This document shows positions 55,814 to 64,000 of a stretch of 64,000 nt of DNA, one piece after another (position 1 is the stretch's first letter; the number at the start of each line of letters is the position of its first letter). This stretch comes from Clostridiaceae bacterium. Its GTDB lineage: Bacteria > Bacillota > Clostridia > Acetivibrionales > DULL01. The stretch covers positions 9,316 to 73,315 of the forward strand of contig DULL01000083.1 of assembly GCA_012840395.1 (NCBI GenBank), given 5' to 3'. The notes below the pieces were generated by a model. That model ran no database searches, was not told the origin of the DNA, and saw only the letters and a program-made list of their open reading frames with translations. The position numbers were made by a program, and so were the translations under genes.

Positions 55814-57010
55814 TTGAGGAGAATAAAGTTTTCTTTTGCATTAATTTTAATTGTTGCAATGTTTTTTTCCTGGAACCCTGTAATAGCAGATGATATTTAC
55901 GAAGACCAGTTTTTTATAGAAACTTTCAGCAGCCCGGAGTATGTTAATCAAGTTCCTGTAATTAATGCCCAGGCGGCAGTTGTCATGGATATGGACTCAG
56001 GAAGAGTTTTGTTTGAGAAAAATGCTTATTCCAGGCGAGCTATGGCCAGTACAACTAAAATAATGACTGCCATTCTGGCAGTGGAAAACGGTAACTTAAA
56101 TGATGAGGTTACCATAAGTAAGAGGGCAGCAAGTATCCGGGGTTCTACCATTGGACTCCAAGAGGGGGATAAATTGACTTTGAAGGAACTGCTCTATGGA
56201 CTTATGCTGTCGTCAGGAAACGATGCCGCCATAGCAATTGCAGAGCACATAGGCTCATCAGTGGAAGAGTTTGCGAAAATGATGACAAAGAAGGCTTATC
56301 AAATCGGAGCAAGAAATACCTGTTTTATAAATCCTCATGGCCTTGATACTGACGGGCATTACACTACTGCTTATGATATGGCTCTAATTGCCAGGTATGC
56401 TTTAAATAATCCTATAATAAATGAAATAGTCAAAACTCAAAAAATACAATCATCCTTTGGAACGCTGTACAATACAAATGAGCTGTTAGGTGTTTATCCA
56501 GGTGCCGACGGAGTTAAGACAGGTTATACAGGAAAAGCGGGGAGATGCCTAGTTGCATCTGCAACGAGGAATGGCCACAGGTTGATTTCTGTAGTACTGG
56601 GAAGTCCAACCAGAGGAGCAAGAGCCCAGAGCAGCAAAGATATACTGGACTATGCTTTTAGTACATACAAATATTACACTATTCTGGAAGAAGGCACCTG
56701 TATAAAAAAGCTGCCTGTAAAAAGAGGCATTACAGAAATGGTTGAAGTAAAAACCATAGAGACTATTACTTTGCCTCTTAAGGAGGAAGAGTATAAATCA
56801 TTACAGAAAAAGATTTATATGCCTGATGAACTGGATGCTCCTGTAATTGCAGGCACTGATGCAGGATTCATACAGTTTGTACTGAATGGCGAGGTCATTG
56901 TCCAATCAAATCTAAAAATATGCCAGGATGTAAGACGTAAGGTATTTACAGATTATCTGGGGGATGTAATCAAAGAATGGTGCAGGATAATGAGGTGGAA
57001 AGCACAATAG
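55814..57010 (+). CDS. Serine-type D-alanyl-D-alanine carboxypeptidase (DacB/PBP5*-like)
   Basis: Signal peptide, SxxK (ASTTKIMTA), SxN (SSGNDAA) and KTG (VKTGYTG). Confidence 0.9.
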   Translation: MRRIKFSFALILIVAMFFSWNPVIADDIYEDQFFIETFSSPEYVNQVPVINAQAAVVMDMDSGRVLFEKNAYSRRAMASTTKIMTAILAVENGNLNDEVTISKRAASIRGSTIGLQEGDKLTLKELLYGLMLSSGNDAAIAIAEHIGSSVEEFAKMMTKKAYQIGARNTCFINPHGLDTDGHYTTAYDMALIARYALNNPIINEIVKTQKIQSSFGTLYNTNELLGVYPGADGVKTGYTGKAGRCLVASATRNGHRLISVVLGSPTRGARAQSSKDILDYAFSTYKYYTILEEGTCIKKLPVKRGITEMVEVKTIETITLPLKEEEYKSLQKKIYMPDELDAPVIAGTDAGFIQFVLNGEVIVQSNLKICQDVRRKVFTDYLGDVIKEWCRIMRWKAQ

Positions 57011-57135
57011 GCCTTAGGACACCTCATTTTAGGTTTATTACCTTGATTCAATGAAACAGATTATATATAATTTCTCCATAAAGGGCGTATTTTCTAATGA
57101 AAATGCGATTCACTTAAAAGAAATGGAGAACTAAA

Positions 57136-58971
57136 ATGAAAACTCTACTGGTGGCACTGAACTCAAAATATATTCATTCATCCCTGGCAGTCTGGTATTT
57201 AAAAGCATATTGCAGTAATGAAGATGAACAGGCATACAACGGGGTGGAGATAGCTGAGTACACAATAAATGATAATATTGAGAGCATATTAGGTTCTATT
57301 TGCTTAAAGAAACCCGAAATAATATGTTTTTCATGCTATATATGGAATATAGAGTATGTTCTTAAACTTACAAGAAATATTAAAAAGCTTATGCCTGAAT
57401 GTATCATTATTCTCGGCGGACCGGAAGTTTCTTACGATGCCGAAAAAATTATGGAAGCAGAACCTTCAGTTGATTTTATCATTTCAGGAGAGGGAGAAAC
57501 AGCCCTAAAAAATCTATTACAGCATATCCGGCAGGGACAGGTATCACATTTTACGCATATAAAACAAATCAGGGGATTGACTTACAGAGAAAAAGGTGAA
57601 ATAAAAAGCACCGAGCCCTGTACCCTTATTGAAAATTTAGATGAAATCCCTTCTCCATATACTGATGAATTTTTTATTTTACTCAAAAACAGGATAGTTT
57701 ACTATGAGTCTTCAAGAGGATGTCCTTTTAATTGTTCCTATTGCCTTTCTTCTACCATAGCCGGTGTAAGGTATTTTTCTCTGGACAGGGTAAAAAAGGA
57801 TATTTCCATACTCATTAGCCGTAATGTAAGGCAAGTCAAGTTTGTAGACAGGACTTTTAACGCAAATAAAAAGAGGGCCAAAGAAATATTTAAGTATATC
57901 ATTGAAGAATCTGCTAAAACAAGGTCGGATATTAACTTCCATTTTGAAATGGGAGGAGACCTTTTTGATGAAGAAATGTTGGATATACTGAGTACAGCGC
58001 CTCCCGGACTTATACAATTCGAAATAGGTGTTCAGACTACCAATCAGGATGCATTAAAAGAAATAGACAGAATAACAGACTACGAAAAACTAAAAAACAA
58101 TATTCAAAGATTAATAAGCAATGGAAATATTCACATCCACCTGGATTTGATAGCAGGCCTTCCCTATGAGGATTATGAATCATTTATTAAATCCTTTAAT
58201 GATGTTTATAGTTTAAATCCCCATCATCTTCAGCTTGGTTTTCTGAAATTGCTGAAAGGTTCAAAAATAAGGAGACAGTCCGGACTGCATGGCTATATAT
58301 TCAGGGATTATCCTCCTTATGAAGTTTTAAGCAACAAATATATTTCATATAATAGGATTCTGACTCTGAAAGCTGTAGAGGAATTAGTGGAAAGGTACTA
58401 TAATTCAGGCAGATTTACCATTTCACTGAGATATATAACTAAAAAGATTTTTCACAAACCCTTTGACTTTTATTATAGTTTCAGCAAATATTATGAGACT
58501 TGTGGATACTATGAAAAATCCTTAGGAGCAAAGGAATTATACAGGGTACTTTATGAATTTATTGAGGCAGTAGCAGACCAAAGCAGCCTGAACCTAATTA
58601 AAGATCTGTTAAGACTGGATTTTCTGAAATGCGACAGTTCCGGAAGCCTTCCCGATATATTAAAAAGTGATACTCCCAAAGAATTTAAAGATGAATGTTT
58701 TCAATTTTTAAGAGAAGAAGATAACATAAAGAAATACCTTCCCGGCTTTAACGGCATGACAGCAAAAGACATGTACAAAAAAGTACATTTTCAAATATTT
58801 GATTATAATATCTTCTCATGGAAAGATGATATCCCAAAGGAGAAGGTTATTCCTGAAAAGACAGTGGTCCTGTTTGATTATACAAAAAAAGACAGGGTTA
58901 CCGGGTGGTTTACCTTCACCAAGCTGGATACTTCGTATTTCCCGTCTTTAAGCTCACAAAATAAGCCCTGA
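57136..58971 (+). CDS. B12-binding-domain radical SAM protein with a DUF4080-like C-terminal extension
   Basis: N-terminal cobalamin-binding-like domain, a radical SAM core (YESSRGCPFNCSYC) and a long C-terminal region. Confidence 0.8.
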   Translation: MKTLLVALNSKYIHSSLAVWYLKAYCSNEDEQAYNGVEIAEYTINDNIESILGSICLKKPEIICFSCYIWNIEYVLKLTRNIKKLMPECIIILGGPEVSYDAEKIMEAEPSVDFIISGEGETALKNLLQHIRQGQVSHFTHIKQIRGLTYREKGEIKSTEPCTLIENLDEIPSPYTDEFFILLKNRIVYYESSRGCPFNCSYCLSSTIAGVRYFSLDRVKKDISILISRNVRQVKFVDRTFNANKKRAKEIFKYIIEESAKTRSDINFHFEMGGDLFDEEMLDILSTAPPGLIQFEIGVQTTNQDALKEIDRITDYEKLKNNIQRLISNGNIHIHLDLIAGLPYEDYESFIKSFNDVYSLNPHHLQLGFLKLLKGSKIRRQSGLHGYIFRDYPPYEVLSNKYISYNRILTLKAVEELVERYYNSGRFTISLRYITKKIFHKPFDFYYSFSKYYETCGYYEKSLGAKELYRVLYEFIEAVADQSSLNLIKDLLRLDFLKCDSSGSLPDILKSDTPKEFKDECFQFLREEDNIKKYLPGFNGMTAKDMYKKVHFQIFDYNIFSWKDDIPKEKVIPEKTVVLFDYTKKDRVTGWFTFTKLDTSYFPSLSSQNKP

Positions 58972-59057
58972 AAGATAAATAAAAAGTAAAAATGATATTT
59001 TGTTAAAAATAATGAACACAAATAAATTAAAAATACAAATTGTAAACAAAATAAATA

Positions 59058-59086
59058 TTGTAAAATATGGTAATATTATGTATAAT
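59058..59086 (+). promoter_or_regulatory. Candidate sigma-A-type promoter for the TadE/TadG-like operon
   Basis: TTGTAA (59058-59063), 17-nt spacer, TATAAT (59081-59086). The background is AT-rich, so a chance match is possible. Confidence 0.35.
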
Positions 59087-59178
59087 ATTTAAAAATATAC
59101 AATATTTATGTTGTTTTTTGTTAATTATTTAATCCCTGAGTGAAGTAAGTTTTATTAGCTTAGGCAGTGGAGTGGGCA

Positions 59179-59850
59179 ATGAGAATTAATTTATACAGTT
59201 CAAAAGGAAGTATGACCATTGAAGCTTCTATTATTATGCCTGTTATTATTTTATGTGTTATTGCATTATTGTTTATACCTGTCTATCTGTATAAACAGAC
59301 TTCTCTCCACAGCATGACAAATAAAGCTGCTGAAAGGGCATATGTTGTATGGAGAAATGTTAACGGAGATATGGAGACAGGCAAAGTCCTGAAAGAAGAA
59401 TTAAACAGTGACAGCCTTTATAGAAGAATGTATGATCCTTTCAAAGATATCCGGCTGGAAACTGTAAGAAGCTTTATAGAATCCAAACTGTCAAAAAAAG
59501 TTGTTTTTCCCGGGAATAAAGCCAATGAGGGTCCGGAAGCGGAAATTACTCTAAAAGATAATTTAATTTTAAAAAATTTGGATCTAACTGTCAAAGATAC
59601 TGTGGGAATTTTTACAGAAAATTATCTTGGGCTTTTTGATCCAGGAAAAAACTATTCTTTTAATTCATCCTCAACTGCTTTTATTTATGATCCTGCGGAA
59701 TTTATAAGAAATGTTGATTTTCTTGTAGAAATAAAGAAAGAGCTGGAAAAAGAATACCCGGAGCTTCAAGATACCAGCGGTAAATTAAAGGAAAGATTGA
59801 AGGACATCAGTAAATGGATTGAGAAAGCAGCTAATAAACAAGTTGATTAG
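59179..59850 (+). CDS. TadE-like pseudopilin-type protein
   Basis: The N-terminus SSKGSMTIEASIIMPVIILCVIALLFI fits the Flp/TadE prepilin pattern: G, then Glu at +5, then a hydrophobic helix. ATG 59179 follows GGAG. Confidence 0.7.
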   Translation: MRINLYSSKGSMTIEASIIMPVIILCVIALLFIPVYLYKQTSLHSMTNKAAERAYVVWRNVNGDMETGKVLKEELNSDSLYRRMYDPFKDIRLETVRSFIESKLSKKVVFPGNKANEGPEAEITLKDNLILKNLDLTVKDTVGIFTENYLGLFDPGKNYSFNSSSTAFIYDPAEFIRNVDFLVEIKKELEKEYPELQDTSGKLKERLKDISKWIEKAANKQVD

Positions 59851-59865
59851 AAAGGAAGATCGGCA

Positions 59866-62229
59866 TTGGGGGGCAATAAAGGTCAAGTATCGGTATTCTT
59901 ATGTATAATTTTTATGGCAGTATTTATTGTAGTAGGAGTTTTAGTGGATGCTTCAAGAATTATATCCGGCAAATCCCAGGTAGAGAGATCAGTTGCAAAT
60001 GCAGCCCGCTCTCTTCTGGCAGATTATAGTACAAGTATAAAAGAGTATTACGGAATTTTTGCCATAGATAATAACAGGGAGAAAGATTTAACCAATGTAG
60101 CAAGAGATTATCTTGAAAAAAACCTGGCTATTGGGATTGAAGAACTGCAAAATATTAATTTTTATAACTTCAAGGTAGAGAATATATCTGTAACACCCCT
60201 ATTCAGCCTGACAGGAGACCAGACGGTAAAAAATCAGATACTTGAATATATGAAATATAGTGCTCCTAAACAAGTGATAGAAAATTTGTGGCATAAGATC
60301 TTAATGGTAAAGGAAGCAGGCAAGGTTGCAGATACCTATAACAGGAAACTGAATGTGGAAAAGCTTTCCGCCCAGATAGGAGAGCTGCAGCAAAAACTTA
60401 AAGAAAAAATAAGCGGAACTATAGGAAACGGAATTTTTCAGGAATTCTTCATAAATAAATTTAATAAAGATGGAATTAGAAGTTCAGCCATTGAAAGCTA
60501 TGCAGAAATAACTATCAGGCAAAGTACCCTCTATAGGGAATTGAATGCAGCATATGAACTTATGAGACAGATAGAGGGTAAGCTTCATGAAAATGACAGC
60601 AATGAAGAAGCAGGGGGGCTAAAAGAAAAACTGGATATGCTCCTGGGCAGGATTAAAATGATGGAGGATGAGCTGGATATTCTGAAGAATGAAAGAGATT
60701 CCATGGAAAAAAGACTTAAGGGTGAGCTGACCGGTAGATATCTGGAAATTAATAAAGAAGCAAGGCAGATAATAGAAGATATCAGAGAGGTTAAAGAAAA
60801 GATAGAGGCTGCTATAGCGGATTTTGAGAATTATATGGATAACAGTCCTGCTGATGCCCATTCTCCATATCATAGTGTTCTGGAATCCATCAAAGAAGAT
60901 GTGGATTATATAAAAGATAATGTACTGAATGGTGAAACAACAGAAGAATTAATTAAGATTATTGAAAATAACATAACTTATCTTGAAAATGCCATGGAAA
61001 GACTTAACCGGGCATCCAGCCTGAACTGGCAGGAAATTGACCAGGATTCGGGAAAAGAGTGGATAATCAGTCTGCTTAAAGAAGGATTCGGAGATTATAT
61101 CAATATTATTGAATATGACTATAAGAAAGCGGGAGAGCCTGTCACAGCACCGGATCCCAGAGAAGGAATGAAAAAGGAAACAGAAGAAATTCTAAAAAAA
61201 GACAGAGAGGATGAAGACATAAAGAATGTTAGAATGGAAGAGGCAGGAATTAATATTAGTGAGCTTCCCTCAAAGAATAAATATTATGACGAGGATTTAC
61301 CGGCCTTTGAGGGCGGACTGGAAGATTTGCCCGGAGAAATAGACATTAACCAAAATGACAGCAGATTTGTCCATAATGTCTTCAATTACATGGGGAACAT
61401 AGGTAATATTTGCGGGGATTTTGAAGAATTCAGGGATGATCTTTACATTAATGAATATATAATGAAGGTATTTAATAACCAGGTTTCGGTGCAGGGAAAA
61501 AATAAAGCGGAAGGCAGTTCCTCTGTAAATAAAAATAGGGACTCTTTTTTCAATAGTGAAGTGGAATATATACTTCATGGAGATTCCTCAGAAAAAATCA
61601 ATAAAATGAAAACAAAAGCGCAAATACTGCTAATAAGATTTTCCATGAACACCCTGCACGCCTATTCCGACAGCAATAAGAGAGAGCTTGCAAAAGGTAT
61701 TGCCGCAGCAGTATCGGGATGGTGGACTGCAGGGGCTGGTATACCAATAATATCAAACATGGTTTTGTGCGGCTGGGGCTTAGGGGAGGCCATAATTGAT
61801 CTTGAAGATTTACTGGAAGGAAAAGCCGTTCCTTTCTATAAACTTAAAGGGGACTGGAAACTTGATCTGGGGCCCAATATCCGGCAAAACCCCAGTAGTA
61901 AAGGGAATAACCCAAGTCATGAAAGCGAAAGAGATATTTCAAGCCCTAAGAGTAACCCTGGACTGATGTTTGACTATAATGACTATCTGAGGATATTCCT
62001 GATGCTTGTGAATACAGAGAAAAAAATAGGCAGAATTGAAGATTTGATTGAATTAAACGGAAGGAAAGCCAATAGTGCTTTCAGAGCCACCAATTGCAGT
62101 ACCTGGATAAAAGTAGAAGCAGAGGTTTCACTGAATTATCTTTTTTTAACCTCTGCGTTTATGCCGGGAAGTAAAAAAACCGGGGAAGGTAGGCATATCT
62201 TCAGGGTGGTATGGTATGAAGGATATTAG
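59866..62229 (+). CDS. TadG-like (Tad N-terminal domain) protein, 787 aa, with a long coiled-coil region and a hydrophobic C-terminal segment
   Basis: The N-terminus GNKGQVSVFLCIIFMAVFIVVGVLVDASRIISGKSQVERSVANAARS fits the TadG-like N-terminal domain. Residues about 150-400 are heptad-rich and charged. The C-terminal part includes EVEYILHGD... and AAAVSGWWTAGAGIPIISNMVLCGWGLGEAII. Confidence 0.7.
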   Translation: MGGNKGQVSVFLCIIFMAVFIVVGVLVDASRIISGKSQVERSVANAARSLLADYSTSIKEYYGIFAIDNNREKDLTNVARDYLEKNLAIGIEELQNINFYNFKVENISVTPLFSLTGDQTVKNQILEYMKYSAPKQVIENLWHKILMVKEAGKVADTYNRKLNVEKLSAQIGELQQKLKEKISGTIGNGIFQEFFINKFNKDGIRSSAIESYAEITIRQSTLYRELNAAYELMRQIEGKLHENDSNEEAGGLKEKLDMLLGRIKMMEDELDILKNERDSMEKRLKGELTGRYLEINKEARQIIEDIREVKEKIEAAIADFENYMDNSPADAHSPYHSVLESIKEDVDYIKDNVLNGETTEELIKIIENNITYLENAMERLNRASSLNWQEIDQDSGKEWIISLLKEGFGDYINIIEYDYKKAGEPVTAPDPREGMKKETEEILKKDREDEDIKNVRMEEAGINISELPSKNKYYDEDLPAFEGGLEDLPGEIDINQNDSRFVHNVFNYMGNIGNICGDFEEFRDDLYINEYIMKVFNNQVSVQGKNKAEGSSSVNKNRDSFFNSEVEYILHGDSSEKINKMKTKAQILLIRFSMNTLHAYSDSNKRELAKGIAAAVSGWWTAGAGIPIISNMVLCGWGLGEAIIDLEDLLEGKAVPFYKLKGDWKLDLGPNIRQNPSSKGNNPSHESERDISSPKSNPGLMFDYNDYLRIFLMLVNTEKKIGRIEDLIELNGRKANSAFRATNCSTWIKVEAEVSLNYLFLTSAFMPGSKKTGEGRHIFRVVWYEGY

Positions 62230-63280
62230 GAACAGTATGGGAGATGCCAGGTTTTACATGAAGGATACCAGAGGGTCTGTAACTTTAGAGGCCGCCATTG
62301 CACTTCCGGTTTTTATATGTGTAATTATATCCGTCACATTTCTGATAAGAGTGGTACATATTAATGAATCCATAAATTATGCCTTAAACGGGGCAGCTAA
62401 TGAATTGGCAGCTTCCAGTTATCTATATCATGTAAGCAGAATTGAGGAACTTGAAAAATTACCTGAAGATGCCATTGAAAATATGGTAGATGGAATGGCG
62501 GAAGGAATCCTGGGAAGCACGGATGATCTTCCTGAAGAACTTAAAACCCTTGTAAAAAACATTATAAAAGGGAACTTCGAGGACCTGAAGACAGAAATCT
62601 GTATTCCCATTGTAAAATTATATTTCAAGAAGTATTTACCGGACTTCCCTTTGGGAAACCTGGATTTTTCCCATTCCAGTTTTTTTGAAGAAGATACCGG
62701 AGATATTGATATAATTGTAAGGTACAATGTTAATATCCCGCTTCCTGTGAAAATTCCCCAGATAATTTTTACTCAGAGGGCTTCTGTGAAAGCATGGCTT
62801 GGAGGCGATGAAAAGGAAAATAGCCCTGTGACAGGAGAAATCGATAATATTTGGTCTTTAAGCAATTTTGAAAGAGGAAGGAAAATAAGAGAGATTTTTG
62901 GAGCCAATCTTCCATATAATTTTCCAGTGCTATCAAAATTCGAAGGAGGAAAGGCCACAGTAATTAAAAGTATGGATTTAACTGCAGACACTTATAAAAC
63001 CCCTGAAATGGTGATTAAGAAAATAAGTGAATATATGGATAATCTTGCACAATACAAAGGGCAGGAAATACCCTGGGGAAGCAGCAAGATACTTATCATG
63101 GAAAAAGACATAATAATTAGAGAACTGTTGCTGGTAATCCCTTCAAATGAAATATCTCAGGAAATAAAGGAAGCTCTTGATTTTTGCGTAATACAAGGAG
63201 TAAATAAAGATGTTATATTAAGAATTGAAAAGTATGGTTATAGTTATAGGTATGATAAGCCTTCTAAAGAAAGTGTATAA
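62216..63280 (+). CDS. TadE-like protein with an uncharacterised C-terminal globular domain of about 150 aa
   Basis: The N-terminus TRGSVTLEAAIALPVFICVIISVTFLI shows the G/+5 Glu pattern. The C-terminal domain includes IWSLSNFERGRKIREIFGANLPYNFPVLSKFEGGKATVIKSMDL. Overlaps the upstream gene by 14 nt. Confidence 0.7.
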   Translation: MKDIRNSMGDARFYMKDTRGSVTLEAAIALPVFICVIISVTFLIRVVHINESINYALNGAANELAASSYLYHVSRIEELEKLPEDAIENMVDGMAEGILGSTDDLPEELKTLVKNIIKGNFEDLKTEICIPIVKLYFKKYLPDFPLGNLDFSHSSFFEEDTGDIDIIVRYNVNIPLPVKIPQIIFTQRASVKAWLGGDEKENSPVTGEIDNIWSLSNFERGRKIREIFGANLPYNFPVLSKFEGGKATVIKSMDLTADTYKTPEMVIKKISEYMDNLAQYKGQEIPWGSSKILIMEKDIIIRELLLVIPSNEISQEIKEALDFCVIQGVNKDVILRIEKYGYSYRYDKPSKESV

Positions 63281-63356
63281 GTGATATACTTTACTATAGA
63301 GCAATAAATAAAAAATTGCCATAAATATAATGAATGGGAACGGGAGAGGTGATATC

Positions 63357-63872
63357 ATGAGCCAAAAGAACCAATTTTCTATCCTGAAGCCTGAAGAAAT
63401 CACTGAGAATACTTTCAAACTTATTGGAAAAGACTGGATGTTAATTACAGCTGGGACTTATGATAAATTCAACATGATGACAGCCAGCTGGGGCGGACTG
63501 GGAGTATTATGGAGCAAAAATGTTTGTTTTTGCTTTATAAGACCTCAAAGATATACATATGATTTTGTTGAAAAGTCCGACACCTTTACGCTTTCCTTTT
63601 TTGGAAATGAATATCGTGAAGCACTGAATATATGTGGAACAAAATCCGGAAGAGAAATAGATAAAGTACAGGCTACCGGTCTTACACCTTTTGAGGATTT
63701 GCCCGGAATGATTTCCTTCAGGGAAGCGTCACTTATTGTGGAATGTAAGAAGATTTATTATCAGGACATAAAACCAGAAAACTTTTTGCAGCCGGATATA
63801 CAGGAATTTTACAAATTAAAGGATTATCACCGTATGTATATTGGTGAAATAATAAGATGCCTGAAGAGATAG
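63357..63872 (+). CDS. Flavin reductase-like (FMN-binding split-barrel) protein
   Basis: NMMTASWGGLGVLWSKNVCFCFIRPQRYTYDFV. ATG 63357 follows GGGAGAGGTG. Confidence 0.8.
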   Translation: MSQKNQFSILKPEEITENTFKLIGKDWMLITAGTYDKFNMMTASWGGLGVLWSKNVCFCFIRPQRYTYDFVEKSDTFTLSFFGNEYREALNICGTKSGREIDKVQATGLTPFEDLPGMISFREASLIVECKKIYYQDIKPENFLQPDIQEFYKLKDYHRMYIGEIIRCLKR

Positions 63873-63890
63873 CAGATATAAAAATAATAG

Positions 63891-63934
63891 TAATAAAGGA
63901 GGATGGGATGGTAAAATCTCATACTCCTTTATTA
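63891..63934 (+). terminator. Hairpin after the flavin reductase gene
   Basis: TAATAAAGGAG (63891-63901) pairs with CTCCTTTATTA (63924-63934) over 11 bp with a 22-nt loop. Confidence 0.45.
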
Positions 63935-64000
63935 TATGATGCGCATTTTATGTCCTGCTGTACATTTTATGGGTTATGTGCTACAGATTTGGATTTATAT

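Noticed and set aside
58972-59166. Search for a small Flp-type pilin ORF next to the TadE/TadG-like genes
   Set aside because: The only short ORF (MNTNKLKIQIVNKINIVKYGNIMYNI, starting at about 59013) has no G-xxxx-E-Y motif or hydrophobic helix. No Flp candidate was found after 63280 either.
1-64000. Mobile elements, prophage, defence systems, tRNA/rRNA genes
   Set aside because: I looked for transposase, integrase or recombinase motifs, long terminal inverted repeats, restriction-modification, toxin-antitoxin or cas-like genes, and tRNA cloverleaf candidates. None is supported by the ORF translations or the sequence.

Overview
This is an AT-rich chromosomal segment from a spore-forming low-GC Firmicute, most likely class Clostridia. 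Supporting features are an alpha/beta-type SASP, CotF-like and YteA-like genes, two DacB/DacF-type DD-carboxypeptidases, comEA, T-box and guanine riboswitch leaders, and the RF2 +1 frameshift. No rRNA, tRNA, CRISPR array, transposase or integrase was seen.

Most of the window is core metabolism and translation:
- a purE-F-M-N-H-D operon next to a riboswitch-controlled purine permease
- nadD-yqeK-rsfS-leuS
- a FAH-family gene followed by thrS
- L20 leader, then infC-rpmI-rplT
- prfB, a guaA-like gene, ansA, and an Lrp-type regulator with an aminotransferase behind a T-box

Four accessory regions stand out:
1. 0.5-7.9 kb: a sugar-type ABC importer with AtuA-like/DUF4387, GntR and NagA-like genes.
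2. 16.4-17.6 kb: a GC-richer decayed ABC transporter.
3. 44.8-53.6 kb: a degenerate PilT-like ATPase, a NarL-type two-component system split across the locus, a SipW-type signal peptidase fused to a polytopic membrane domain, a bitopic membrane protein, three TasA/camelysin-like secreted paralogs and an N-anchored heptad-repeat protein. This is my best candidate for an undescribed extracellular fibre system.
4. 59.2-63.3 kb: an orphan trio of TadE/TadG-like pseudopilin-type proteins with no Tad machinery nearby.

Intergenic spacers carry a family of GGGAC-core palindromic or tandem repeats at six or more sites.

All calls come from reading the sequence and ORF translations. No database search was run.
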